This document shows positions 38,266-51,000 of a stretch of DNA of 63,396 nt, in pieces. The DNA lies in assembly GCA_964106915.2 (NCBI GenBank), contig OZ066928.1. One strand, 5' to 3'. Made by a program: the position numbers and the translations under genes. The notes under the pieces are model-generated. The model saw only the letters and a program-made list of their open reading frames with translations. It had not been told where the DNA came from and searched no databases. Source of the DNA: Podarcis gaigeae. Taxonomy: Eukaryota. Every line of letters begins with the position of its first letter. Positions within the stretch are counted from its first letter, which is position 1.

Positions 38266-40051
38266 AGCACACTTGTTGCATGAAGAGTCATGTGGTCTGA
38301 AACCCAGTAGAAGACCAAGGAGCTATATGGAGCACTGACTTAACAACTGGCAATCCTGCTCCTACCTGCCCCAGAAAATGTTTTAAAGCTGGGTTAGGGA
38401 ACCTTTTTGGCCTGACTGGCTTTTTATCCTCACCCCACGGGCTAACTGATGTCCTAATCATGCCATGTAACTGACAGGTGGGTTGTTCAAGCCATCTGCT
38501 CTTCACTGAGAAGTGAAGAGAGAAGTCCTGCTTTCTGAAGAGTTCAGGTATGTGAGCAGCTGATCTAGCCAATATCTACCCTCACAACCTGACATCACAT
38601 ATGACATCAGGTGTGGGGCAGGTAGATGTGATTTGAGGAAAATGGCCTCATGGACCAAATGAGTGTTGGCACGCCAAATTTGCCCTGTGGGTCAGAGGTT
38701 CTCTACCTTTGTTCTAAAGGAATTTCAAGAGAGGAAGTGCAAGTGGGATGGGCTTTTTCTTCTCACACTACTTCTGATGTAGTTAGGCTTCAGGCTGATG
38801 TTCTCTCCATATGTTGCCCAGAAAGTGTGGCCAAGTTTCAGGAATGATGAGAGGTGTAGTCCATCAGTGTCTGGAGGACTCCATATCCCCACTCCAGGTT
38901 AGAACTTACTGGGCATCTCAGAAACTTTGGATATGGATATAGATATCAGTTTGTGTGCCCATAGACACAGTTTGTGTGCCCATATTCATTTTTCAATGCA
39001 CACTTTACCACAGCACACACACACACTTTTTTTTTAACAGGTTGCTTAGCTGGAGAACTGCATTGCAAAATTCAGAGAAGTGTGAATTTCTTAAGGACAA
39101 CTATGTTTTAGTTCACATACAGTTTTAAAAAGTTCAGATGTTCTAGGTTTGCCTTTAAACTTGAACTAAACCAGTTTTATTCCCCATCCCTAGATCTAAC
39201 TAGATCTAACTAAACCCACCCTACTAAAAGTTAGGAACACAGATTTTTAATATCCGTAGTTGCTCAGAAAGAACACGTATAGGAACACGTATTGGTCTCC
39301 TACCAAGTTAGCCTTTCAGTCCAATAACTCAACATTGTCTACACTGGCAATAGCTCTCTAGTGGAGTGAACTTTTGCCATCCCTATGTGGAGATGCCAGG
39401 GAATGAACCTGGGACCTTCTCCACGCAAGCCATGTGCTCTACCACTTAGCAGCAGTCCTTCCTCATCGGTACTGTGTGAAGCCTCTGTCACACGTCTCAG
39501 GTTTGTAATAAGCCAAGTAAGCGGTATATTAGTGAGCCTGATTTGTAGGGGACTTCCTCATTGTTTCATATATTATTTCCCCTGCCCCTGAGCTTTGCGA
39601 TAAGGCTTGGATAGATGTCAGAAAAAAAGATCTGCAGTCTGTGGTAATATTTTTAATCCTCCCATCACTGATCCGTTTGGAGTCGTTCAACAAATGTAAG
39701 TAGGGTTCGCTTTTGTTCCGGCTGACTTTTGTTCAATTCTATTAGCATCGGACTTCCTTTAATGTATCCAAAGTACTCCCCGTCGCTTCCTATTACAGAT
39801 ATCTATCAATTAGACTTGACTGCATTGTAATCTCTTTACCACCTTCCTCTTACCCTCTCTGAGGCCACTGACCATGCAGGAAATGATAATATTTAAGATA
39901 AGTAGGTTTAGTGTGAACCTGGGCACCACTGAAGGACTTAATCATAATTTGAAAAGGCTGTTTTGCATAATATATCACTTTGACACTGAGAGTAGAAATA
40001 AGTGGTGCGTGACATTACTCTATCCAATTAGATGTTAACAAGGGTTAAATG

Positions 40052-40114
<63 letters not shown>
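40052..40114. repeat. Compound microsatellite (GT)n(AT)n
   Basis: Directly visible alternating purine-pyrimidine tract of about 62 bp. Confidence 0.97.
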
Positions 40115-40117
<3 letters not shown>

Positions 40118-40559
40118 TATCTAATATTTGTATACTCTGGAACTCCCTACCTATTGATACTAGGCAGGTGCCTTCACTGTGTACTTTTTCCGCAACTGCT
40201 AAAATTGTTTAGTTTAGGGAAGCCTACCCAGACACACAGTTTTATTTTGTATATTTGGTTTTCAAAATATGTTGATTATATCTTTATTTTGATCATTTCA
40301 TTATGTCTTTATTTGCTATTTTTAAATGAATATTTTATGCAGCGTTGTGTAAACCATTTTTAATTAAGCGGTTAGGATAGCTATGTGCCCAGATAGGATG
40401 ACTACTATGTTGCAGAAAAAAGAGAAAGTTTTTGCCCAAAAAAGCAGAGGCTACTGATTCACAGTTTGCACATGCTAATTCATATGGTGCAAATTTAGAA
40501 ATAACTATTCCAGTGTAAATAGGAACACAATATCTATCTCTCCCCCTGAAGGAACAGGT

Positions 40560-41300
40560 ATGTAGTCTGGGGATGCTAGATCCAGCTCTATCACTGGTGT
40601 TATTAGAAGCTAGGGGTGCCTTTTACCAGCTTCAGATGGTAAGGCCAGGTACAGACTTTCCTGAATTGGGTTAGCTTGACCACAGTACTCAAAGCATTGG
40701 TAGTTGGATTGCTGCAATGTGCTCTATGGAGGGACTATTCTTGAGGTTGGTTCAGAGGCGGCAGCAGCAGTGACTAGGTTTCTTGTGGGAACAAACTCCT
40801 GCTAGCATATAGCACCTTGTTTGTGAGATTTGCAGTGGTTCCCAAACAGCTATCCAGCAAAGTTAAAGGTCTTAATAATGTATACGACCTTATACAACTC
40901 GGGGCCAGGTTACTTGAGACACCACCTTATAGGCCCAGTAGTTCACAGTGTTTTGCAGAATACTTGCTCCCTGAAGTACTGGAAATACCAGAAGCCTGCT
41001 GCACAGTAACCTCCGGAGCAGGACTTCCTGTGGGGCTGCCCCTGTTCTGTATTCCTGATATGCCCACTATGTACCCTCCAGAAACAATTGGAGACATTTT
41101 AATTCCAACAAGCTTTTTCAGCTAAATGAAAAGGCCTTTGCTGTAGATGTCGATTTTGTCAATGTTTTTAAAATTGTACTTGGTGGTTCTTCACCTGTTT
41201 TTTAAAGTAATTCAGCTTTTTTTTTTAAGCATGTACCTATAAATTGCCTTGGGACATATATTTGGAAGGCAATTAACACATCTATAAAAAAAATAATAAT
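40560..41300 (+). mobile_element. Decayed L2-clade LINE 3' part
   Basis: ttggattgctgcaatgtgctctatgga resembles the L2 LDYCNxLY motif; typical 3' UTR and aataataat tail; many frame disruptions. Confidence 0.65.
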
Positions 41301-43012
41301 CTCACTGTAGTGGCGGAAACTGTGGTCAAGTGACCTGTGTGTTGCTCAGTCTGCTGTCCTGGTGTTCACTGTTGATGGGCCAATTTCAAGGCTCCTACTT
41401 TCCCTTCTAATGATCTCTTATCTTTAAACCAGACTTGGACCAGACAGCCCTTCAAATAGACAGCTCCTACAAACAGAGCTGTATCGTTTGTAAAGTAGGG
41501 CATATGGCTGCCATAATTATAACCCCCAAAGATTGATCTGGTTTTTGAGGGATGAAATACTAAGACCTTTCATTGAATGGACAGGGTTCTTTTCAAATAT
41601 TGGACGACAAGGGTCTTTCTTAACTAAAAAAGAAAAAGGAAAAACAGCCATGTTGCTTCAAGTAGCATTCCAGTCTACCCATGGAAATGTGTCCGGCCTT
41701 CCAAAAGGTCTTGAAATCCCTTCCCTCTAACTCCACCTGAGAGCCAGCTAATAGCTCCTCCTCTACCAACACATTTGTAGATGACAAATGGTCCTGTAGA
41801 AGGCAGATATTTGGTCCAGCTTTATTGTTTATCGTGATGGCTAGATTGTCTGTCTGTCTGTCTGTCTGTCTGTCTTTCTGCCTGAAAAGCTCATTTACTT
41901 TACCTGGCAGAGGCCACAATGAACTGTCATACTTATGTCCCATTACTCCTGAAGAATAAAGAGGATACTTATTTTTAATAGTCTGAAACTCCTCACTAAC
42001 CTAATGGATGTTTGATATTCAGATTTATTTATTTTTTATTCGGTCTTTTTCAACCCAATGAGGTAAATTGAGACAATTAACTCACACATTGTTTCCTGGG
42101 GGCAGGAGGAATGTGACTAGATAAAAGTGCATGGAATTAAGTTGTCCATGTCTATTCTAGTAGAACCACCTAACATCACTGTTAATAACAGTTACATTTC
42201 CCTACTACAAACAACTCTGTTCACCATAATGTGAACACCTTTAAAAGTTGCTGAAATCAGCTCTATAAAAGACTTGGGAGTCTGGGAGTAATTTACCCCC
42301 CTCCATATAAATTTTCAATTAAATAATTGGTATTCTGACTTTAAAAAAAATACATAGATTAAAAGAAACTGCTAATTGCTTTCAAATGCACTGGCTGAGA
42401 AGACTTCTTCTAACTTAAACAATGGCTTTGATTGAAATACAATTTGGCAAGTCATTAGGTCCAAACTTGATGTTGAATAGCTTTTAACATTTTGGAGAAT
42501 AAATGTTGAAGTTGAATTAGCAAAGAGACGCATCTTCTGTCTGTTTTCAATAGACGATCCACATGATGAAATGCCTTTGTGCTATGTGATATTCAGAAAA
42601 TAAGAATGCAGTCCAGTCAAGTTGAAGCACTTTTGTATCCTGTTGTTTTCACTAGGGGAAAGAGTGAAGCTTTGCTTAATTCTCCCTTTGGTAGGCATTT
42701 AAAAGGTGCTTCTCTTCCAGAATCAGTCATAGACCATGAAGTTTAGGGCCAGTTGCAATCTCAGTTTAGCTACATGTGGCCTTCCAGGTCCCAGAAGACT
42801 CCAAATTCAATCCCTAGCTTCACCACCTAGGGCTCGGAAAGAACCCTGCTTGAAATCCTGCCAAACTGCTGCAGGTCAATAGAATGGCACTGATAACGCC
42901 TTCTGCCTGATTGTTGCCTTGATGGTTCAGGGAATAAGGCACCTTCCAAACAAACTGACCCGTCAAAACGTGTGGGTGGGTCATGGAATTTGTAGTATTC
43001 TACAACAATTCA

Positions 43013-43361
43013 GCGCGGGTGACACTGTGGGTTAAACCACAGAGCCTAGGGCTTGCCAATCAGAAGGTCGGCAGTTCGAATCCCTGCAACAGGGTGAGCT
43101 CCTGTTGCTTGGTCCCTGCTCCTGCCAACCCAGCAGTTCAAAAGCACGTCAAAGTGCAAGTAGATAAATAGGTACCGCTATGGCGGGAAGGTAAACGGCG
43201 TTTCCGTGCACTGCTCTGGTTCGCCAGAAGCGGCTTAGTCATGCTGGCCACATGACCCGGAAGCTGTATGCCGGCTCCCTCGGCCAATAAAGCGAGATGA
43301 GCGCTGCAACCCCAGAGTCGTCTTTGACTGGACCTAATGGTCAGGGGTCCCTTTACCTTTT
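43013..43361 (+). mobile_element. Near full-length Sauria SINE
   Basis: TSD tacaacaattca at 43001-43012 and 43362-43373; ctttaccttt tail. Confidence 0.96.
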
Positions 43362-43642
43362 TACAACAATTCAATTCATTTCCAGTTAAACAGGTAAATG
43401 CAAGACCTCCCCTGGTTTCTGTAAGCGGCTGCCTAGCCTTCCCCACTTTCCCCTCATTTCAAGGAACTATTCCTTAACTTTGAACCTAATTTATTTGTAA
43501 GATGTACCATAACTGGAAACCAGCAACAAAAAAGACACTATGCATTAATAAAGTACAGTAAATGTTCTGACATTCACTTCTGTTTTCACAATATATTCCT
43601 GTTCTGGACCTCTTAAAACCCAGATGCTAAACCTGGTTCCCC

Positions 43643-43643
<1 letters not shown>

Positions 43644-43690
<47 letters not shown>

Positions 43691-43691
43691 T
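43644..43691. repeat. (AAT)n microsatellite; similar tracts at 24910-24936 and 35354-35393
   Basis: Directly visible. Confidence 0.95.
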
Positions 43692-44845
43692 TTTTTACTG
43701 CAAGTATAACAAAAAGAAAGCAAAAAGAAACAACATCAACTCACATTAACAATAAGAATAATCCTAATTTGAATATATTGTTATATAAGCAGTTCTTATG
43801 TTCAAATAGATATGCAAATGTTATTTATGATTATATGATACACATTCTAATGTAGAAAGGGCAGTACAGTCTTCAGACCGTTATTGGATAATGGGTGTTT
43901 ATACTTCAAACCTTGAAGCATAACTCTTTGAAACCATAAGGGCTTGCTGGGCTATCACTTATAAACACTATTGTACCTGTGATACAGTGTATTGTTACAT
44001 GCAACTCCAAGGAATATGTATTTACTTCTTAAATTTATACTCCGCCTTTCCTTCTCAAAGCTCAAAAGTATTTAACTGAGCCTTTTGGACATTATCACAC
44101 CAACACATACTGTCAATTAACTGCAAAGTCACTTACTTTATGCAACCCCTAATTTTGTTGTTGGTGGTGTTGGTGTTGTTTTAGGGCCCTTTAACACCAA
44201 GATAGATTATTCCTCTGCACAGGTGGAAAGCAGATGTGAAGGCAAGCTTTAAAGTGTGTTTACACGGTGAATGATTGCACTTTATTCTCTCCAGCCTTGT
44301 ATTATGTACCGTTATGTTATAATAATGAATACTTTAAAATAACGAACTAAAATAATGAATAAAATATGTTCTTTTTCCAGCTTGTTCCAAGCTTATACTC
44401 CCAATGCATGCATCTTGTATATTCCTTAGGAGCTCAACTTCCTTACTTAGATGAACATTTTTCTTGCATCCCCTTAAGAGAGACGTTGTTTACTCTTATA
44501 CTGCCGCCCTGTTTCTCAGCTACAAAAGCTCCTGAAGTGACTGTTAAAAAACCTGAATGCACCAAATGTAAAATCCACAATTCAAACTAATTATTTAAAA
44601 TGCAGCTGTCTAAAAACCACACACAAAAGACAGCAAATGGGAAAAAACACAAATAACGCCGGGGAGTTAGTGTGCTGTAGTGGTTAGCAGTGGAGGCCTG
44701 GACCATTGGATTGAATGAGGCACTGCCCCACCAGCCTCAATCTGGTCTCAACTACCTTCCATGTGCCTTCCTTCTTTCTTACATTCAGGCCAAGGGGTAG
44801 CACTGTCTGTTAGCTTCCTTTTCTGTACTCTCGTTGTCACCCTTG

Positions 44846-46631
44846 TTGTTGTTGTTGTTTAGTCGTTTAGTCATGTCCGACTCTTCGTGACCCCATGGAC
44901 CAGAGAACGCCAGGCACCTCTGTCCTCCACTGCCTCCCGCAGTTTGGTCAAACTCATGCTGGTAATCTCAAAAACACTATCCAACCATCTCGTCCTCTGC
45001 CGTCCCCTTCTCCTTGTGCCCTCCATCTTTCCCAACATCAGGGTCTTCTCCAGGGAGTCTTCTCTTCTCATGAGGTGGCCAAAGTACTGGAGCCTCAGCT
45101 TCACAATCTGTCCTTCCAGTGAGCACTCAGGGTTGATTTCCTTCAGTATGGAGAGGTTTGATCTTCTTGCAGTCCATGGGACTCTCAAGAGTCTCCTCCA
45201 GCACCATAATTCAAAAGCATCAATTCTTCGGCGATCAGCCTTCTTTATGGTCCAGCTCTCACTTCCATACATCACTACTGGGAAAACCATAGCTTTAACT
45301 ATACGAACCTTTGTTGGCAAGGTGATGTCTCTACTTCTCAAGATGCTGTCTAGGCCTGTCATTGCCCTTCTCCCAAGAAGCAGGCGTCTTTTAATTTCGT
45401 GGCTGCTGTCACCATCTGCAGTGATCATTGAGCCCAAGAAAGTAAAATCTCTCACTACCTCCATTTCTTCCCCTTCTATTTGCCAGGAGGTGATGGGACC
45501 AGTGGCCATGATCTTCGTTTTTTTGATGTTGAACTTCAGACCATATTTTGCACTCTCCTCTTTCACCCTCATTAAAAGGTTCTTTAATTCCTCCTCACTT
45601 TCTGCCATCAAGGTTGTGTCATCTGCATATCTGAGGTTGTTGATATTTCTTCCGGCAATCTTAATTCCGGCTAGGGATTCATCCAGCCCAGCCTTTCGCA
45701 TGATGAATTCTGCATATAAGTTAAATAAGCAGGGAGACAAAATACAGCCTTGTCGTACTCCTTTCCCAATTTTGAACCAATCAGTTGTTCCATATCCAGT
45801 TCTAACTGTAGCTTCTTGTCCCACATAGAGATTTCTCAGGAGACAGATGAGGTGATCTGGCACTCCCATTTCTTTAAGAACTTGCCATAGTTTGCCGTGG
45901 TCGACACAGTCAAAGGCTTTTGCATAGTCAATGAAGCAGAAGCAGATGTCTTTCTGGAACTCTCTAGCTTTCTCCATAATCCAGCGGATGTTTGCAATTT
46001 GGTCTCTGGTTCCTCTGCCTCTTCTAAATCCAGCTTGCACTTCTGGGAGTTCTCGGTCCACATACTGCTTGAGCCTTCCTTGTAGAATTTTAAGCATAAC
46101 CTTGCTAGCGTGTGAAATGAGTGCAATTGTGCGGTAGTTGGAGCATTCTTTGGCACTGCCCTTCTTTGGGATTGGGATGTAGACTGAACTTCTCCAATCT
46201 TCTGGCCACTGCTGAGTTTTCCAAACTTGCTGGCATATTGAGTGTAACACCTTAACAGCATCATCTTTTAAAATTTTAAATAGTTCAGCTGGAATACCAT
46301 CACTTCCACTGGCCTTGTTATTTGCAGTGCTTTCTAAGGCCCATTTGACTTCACTTTCCAGGATGTCTGGCTCAAGGTCAGCAACCACACTACCTGGGGT
46401 ATACGGGACATCCATTTCTTTCTGGTATAATTCCTCTGTGTATTCTTGCCACCTCTTCTTGATGTCTTCTGCTTCTGTTAGGTCCTTTCCACTTTTGTCC
46501 TTTATTATGGAAATCTTTGTACAAAATGTTCCTTTCATATCTCCAATTTTCTTGAACAGATCTCTGGTTCTTCCCATTCTATTGCTTTCCTCTATTTCTT
46601 TGCATTGCTCGTTTAAGAAGGTCTTCTTGTC
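44846..46631 (-). mobile_element. 5'-truncated BovB (RTE-clade) LINE
   Basis: (CAA)n tail; TSD ttgtcacccttg at 44834-44845 and 46632-46643; BovB-type ORF. Confidence 0.96.
44871..46631 (-). CDS. BovB reverse transcriptase (complete RT domain; AP-endonuclease missing)
   Basis: Motifs NYRTIALISH, FIDYAKAFD, GVRQGCILSP, LRYADD and FTFLGS. The frame is open from the truncation point (DKKTFLNEQCKEIEESNRMGRTRDLF) to ...VTKSRT*. Confidence 0.93.
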   Translation of the reverse strand, partial: DKKTFLNEQCKEIEESNRMGRTRDLFKKIGDMKGTFCTKISIIKDKSGKDLTEAEDIKKRWQEYTEELYQKEMDVPYTPGSVVADLEPDILESEVKWALESTANNKASGSDGIPAELFKILKDDAVKVLHSICQQVWKTQQWPEDWRSSVYIPIPKKGSAKECSNYRTIALISHASKVMLKILQGRLKQYVDRELPEVQAGFRRGRGTRDQIANIRWIMEKAREFQKDICFCFIDYAKAFDCVDHGKLWQVLKEMGVPDHLICLLRNLYVGQEATVRTGYGTTDWFKIGKGVRQGCILSPCLFNLYAEFIMRKAGLDESLAGIKIAGRNINNLRYADDTTLMAESEEELKNLLMRVKEESAKYGLKFNIKKTKIMATGPITSWQIEGEEMEVVRDFTFLGSMITADGDSSHEIKRRLLLGRRAMTGLDSILRSRDITLPTKVRIVKAMVFPVVMYGSESWTIKKADRRRIDAFELWCWRRLLRVPWTARRSNLSILKEINPECSLEGQIVKLRLQYFGHLMRREDSLEKTLMLGKMEGTRRRGRQRTRWLDSVFEITSMSLTKLREAVEDRGAWRSLVHGVTKSRT

Positions 46632-46890
46632 TTGTCACCCTTGGAGAAATCTGCAAACAGGAAGATGAGGAGAAAACTAGTTGACTCTGCCTGTTGTTGG
46701 CTCTGACTCCAACCACTATGGGGCTCCCTGCCTCCTATCCTACCAGTTCCAATGGGCACCAGCCACCACTGGTGGTTAGAGTATCTCACTTGGACTGGGG
46801 AAACCAAGGCACAATCTTTTGTCAGCTATGAAGCTCCCTGAGTGACCTCGGGGCAGTTCCTATATTTAATCCTAACTACAGGATTGTTAG

Positions 46891-47249
46891 GGGACGCGGG
46901 TGGTGCTGTTGGTTAAACCACAGAGCCTAGGCTTTGCCAATCAGAAGGTCGGTGGTTCGAATCCCCGCGAAGGGGTGTGCTCCCATTGCTCAGTCCCTGC
47001 TCCTGCCAACCTAGCAGTTTGAAAGCACGTCAAAGTGCAAGTAGATAAATAGGTACCGCTCTGGCGGGGAAAGGTAAACGGTGTTTCCCGTGCACTGCTC
47101 TGGTTTGCCAGAAGCGGCTTAGTCATGCTGGCCACATGACCCGGAAGCTGTACGCCGGCTCCCTCGGCCAATAAAGCGAGATGAGTGCCGCAACCCCAGA
47201 GTCGGTCACGACTGGACCTAATGGTCAGGGGTCCCTTTACCTTTACCTT
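46891..47249 (+). mobile_element. Full-length Sauria SINE inserted into an older MIR/Squam3-like SINE (about 46772-47330)
   Basis: TSD tacaggattgtt at 46877-46888 and 47250-47261; the host resumes as ...gttgtgaggttaaaatgggga. Confidence 0.95.
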
Positions 47250-47804
47250 TACAGGATTGTTGTGAGGTTAAAATGGGGAGAGATGTGAAGTGCCTTGAGC
47301 TCTTTAAAGAATAGGTAGGTTACATGTGTATATAATATATATAGGCTCTTTACTGACAAATAATGGTTCAGGTGCTAATTGTGTAATATTAATTCAGATC
47401 TTTTAGTTTTTATGCTTGGTGGCTCTGGATCTCGTATGCTACCTCAGCCCACAGCTGACTGATTGTTGTCCTCCAGTCATCTATTTTTGTTTATTCCTGG
47501 CCAAGGTGAACAGATTTTAACTCAGGGGTTGCCAACCTTTTTAGGCCTGTGAGCACATTTGAGTGAGTGCTATGAGCAACAGCCTCTCCAGTTAGTTCTC
47601 TCACCTCCCCATGATACCTCCCCCAGGCAGAGAGAAAGAGAGAGAACGTGCACTTTGCTTTTCCAAGAGATCTTGGTAAAAGTCAAATCGAATGGACTTA
47701 TCCAAGCCTTGCAAAGCACATAGCACTGAAAGAGGAAGTGAAAAGAGAGTTACTCTTCCTCCTTCAGGTCTTATGTACTTTCTAGGGAGAAAAAGGTAAC
47801 CTGA

Positions 47805-48056
47805 CAGATTGTCCAAGTGTCGCTATTTTCCAGGGACAGTCCTAGATTTACAGAAGCCGTCCCAGTTTCTGATTTGATCCCAGAATGTCCTGCTTTTCCT
47901 CAGGACATGGCTATTTTCATCAGAGAAATGCTGGACGGTATAGAATAGGACTTCCCGGGGGCATTTTTCCAGCTGGAACTCAGTTCTGGCACCTCTTTTT
48001 CTAGAAAAATATCACTGGACTTGCCCATTTTCATTGGAGAAATGTTGGAGAGTATG
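47805..48056. mobile_element. hAT-like element (family of 17218-17575) with a nested ~60-bp MITE at about 47957-48017
   Basis: Clear homology to 17218-17575. The insert is flanked by gacttccc / gacttgcc and is homologous to 52944-53078. Confidence 0.65.
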
Positions 48057-51000
48057 TAACCATCTTCCCCACTGCATGACTAAGGGGGCAATGAGTGAGT
48101 GAGTGAGTGAGTGAGTGTAAGTAAGTGTAAGTGTATGAGAGGGGAGAAGCCTTTTTGTAGGTGCCAGGGAAAAGTCTCAAGAGTGCCACTGCACCTGTGA
48201 GGACCACGTTGACAGCCTCTGCTCTGACACTGGCTTTGCACCCCGGATTCTCCAAGGCTCTTCTTCTTTTACTGAGTTGGACCGTTGGACCCTCCAGCTC
48301 AGCGTTTTCTGTTCTGCCAAGCAGCAGCTCTCCAGGATTCAGACAGGAGACTTTTTTGTCCCTACCTGAAAATGCTTGTTATGAGACCTGGGACCGTCTA
48401 CATTCAAAGCAGATTCTCCTAATGCCCTTCCACAAACATTGATACATCTAGCAGTGCATTATCTACACTGAATGCCTATGGCTCTCTAGTTGTCGTCCTC
48501 CCCGATCTACAGATCCCAGCCCTACCTGGAGATGCCAGGGACTTTCCACATGCAAAGCTCAGGTGCTGTAGCCCTGAGCTCCAGCCCCTCCTCTGTCACA
48601 CCATGCATTAAAGCACATTTAAAGCACATGGCTTCTTTCAGGGAGTCCTGGGAATTGCAGTTTGTTTGTGGTGCTAGGAACTGTGACTCTGTGAGGGATA
48701 AACCACAGTGAGGGATAAACTACAGTTCCCATGATTCTTTGGGGGGAAAGCTGGTGTGTGGTGACCTCAGTCTCAGTTGCTGGGTCCTCAAAAGGGAGTC
48801 ACTCTGTTTTGAAACCAAAACTTTGCAACATTAAACCGTTAGAGCTTTGAAAATTTGCTAACTTTGAGAAGTTGCTAACTTTGGGAAGTTGGTGATCTTT
48901 CTGGCCACCTATGAATTTGCATTTTTATTACACATGACAACATTATTATTGATGTGTGTTGAAGGCTTGTAATGTGACTTTCATGATCTTATGAAAATCA
49001 GGCCTTTTTGGGTGGTGCTCTGAAGATGAAACATGGACTATTTACTTTTTGCCATAATGAATACTAATGTACCAGGGGACAAGCAAGACATATTTGCCGT
49101 CTGTTCGCCTTGGCCAGAAAGAAACAAAAATAGATGAATGGAAGACAACAATCAGTCAGCTGTGGGCTAAGTGCAATTGGAAGTTCTGACTAAAGCCAAC
49201 TGATACCCAGACCCACAAACCTCTCTTGTCTCATTTTCGCTGTGACTAAATAAAATAGGAACAGACAGCAAATTGTCCTGTTTCCAGAATTCCTGGTGGG
49301 AGTTCTGCATAATAGATTCGTTGTTTCTGCTTATGTTTACATTGCTTTTTAAAAATAATAATCTCATAATTAGTGATTGCTTTGTTCATTTGTATTGGGA
49401 GTTTTCTTCCAGGAAGGGGGAAAGAGCTAATTTCCTTGAAACAGATCGTTCTTTTTCTCTCTCCAGGATTCAGACTGTGCTTTCTTGCCTATGCAAAAGC
49501 AAACTAATAAGCCACGAAATGTTCCAATAAAACATAAACCATTGCTCACTTGCTTTGATAAGGCTGTGTGCTTACCTTAAACAGTAATTAGGTAGAGCAA
49601 GATGTTCTTCTGTTTGTTTGTTTTTGTTTTTTGTTTGTTCAAAAGAGGAAGATAAATTGGTTGTTTACAGCCGTTGGGACAAAATGTATCTCCTGTTATT
49701 CTTTTCGCTTTTCCTTACTGCCCAGCAATTTAAGCTATTTATTTCTAAAATGTGCAGCCTGCCTTTACATTATTCTGTGTTTTTACTATAAACCAGGGTA
49801 TGTGCCCGTGTTTAAAAGTGATTGAGTTGTTATTATTATTATAAATTTTAGCTTTGCAAATATAAATGGGGAGAAAAGAATCATGGGCTGCATTGAGACA
49901 TGGGGTAGATTGTGCTAGTTTTGCTGGTTATAACTCTATAGCTTATGTCCTAATTTCTATTGTTCCTTTGACACTGCATTAGCTGTTGCATTATGGAACT
50001 GTTGCTTTTCAGTAAATATACCACCACGTCACACTGAATTTTAAATGGCAGGAAAGTACTGCCCCAAATTTAATTTAATGCAATTACAGCACAAAACTCC
50101 TGTGATTTTTCAGGTTAAGAGTGTTGTAAACTGCCCCTCCCCCAAATAACATAGAAATGCATGCTAAATGTCTGCTACATTCCATTAGATTTCCAGAAGT
50201 GGTTTTTATGTCGTGTGAAAGATAACATAATATGAAAAAATGAATAGGTAAGGAATATTTCAAAAACCAAATAAAATGCTGTCTGATTGCAGCCATTGTT
50301 AGCTGACACTAAGAATAAAAATATTCCATGTGAAACTAGTGATGACTGCCCATTCCCAAGACTTTCTCCCTCTGCTGACTTGGCATTTTTTCTTAACTAT
50401 TTGTTTCCTTTGGAATCAGAAACCCTTTCTACCAGTCTTCTCTTCCTATAACCTTCTGGTGGCATTTCTGCCATTGGAATCAGTTGTGCAAAAATAATGT
50501 GTCATGCACTGGTTTGCAGGAGATCCTTTGTGGGGGGAGTGTTGTAAGTTAGGCTTGATAACCTTCTTTTGCATTCTGAGATTTTCTCAGAATAAACAAA
50601 AGATCCTATTGTGGTGGTTGGCAGCTGGAGGACTTTGAACTACAGCCAACCCATCCTTAGCCCACCACTTTCGCCTTCATCAGGGAAAGAAGCATTTCGG
50701 CCTTAGCTTACTGCAGGCCTTCTTGAAGAAGAAAGCAGTTGCATACACACCATACATTTAAAGAACACCCACATCCCAGAAACCCAGGGAATTGTAGTTG
50801 TTGTCCGTCCCCCCTGAGCTACAGATCCCAGCACCCTTAACAAAGTACAGTTCCCATGATTAATTGGGGGTCTGTGATTTAAATTTATGGCGTGTCCACA
50901 ACTTAACTTTCAGGAACACATGCTTCCAACCACAACCCGAATCTCTCTGACGTTTTCTATTCCAATTTATATGTGTTGCTCCTTACGGCAGAAAGAGTCT

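Noticed and set aside
44887-45828. 313-aa + strand ORF
   Set aside because: Antisense shadow of the BovB RT frame; no independent protein motifs.
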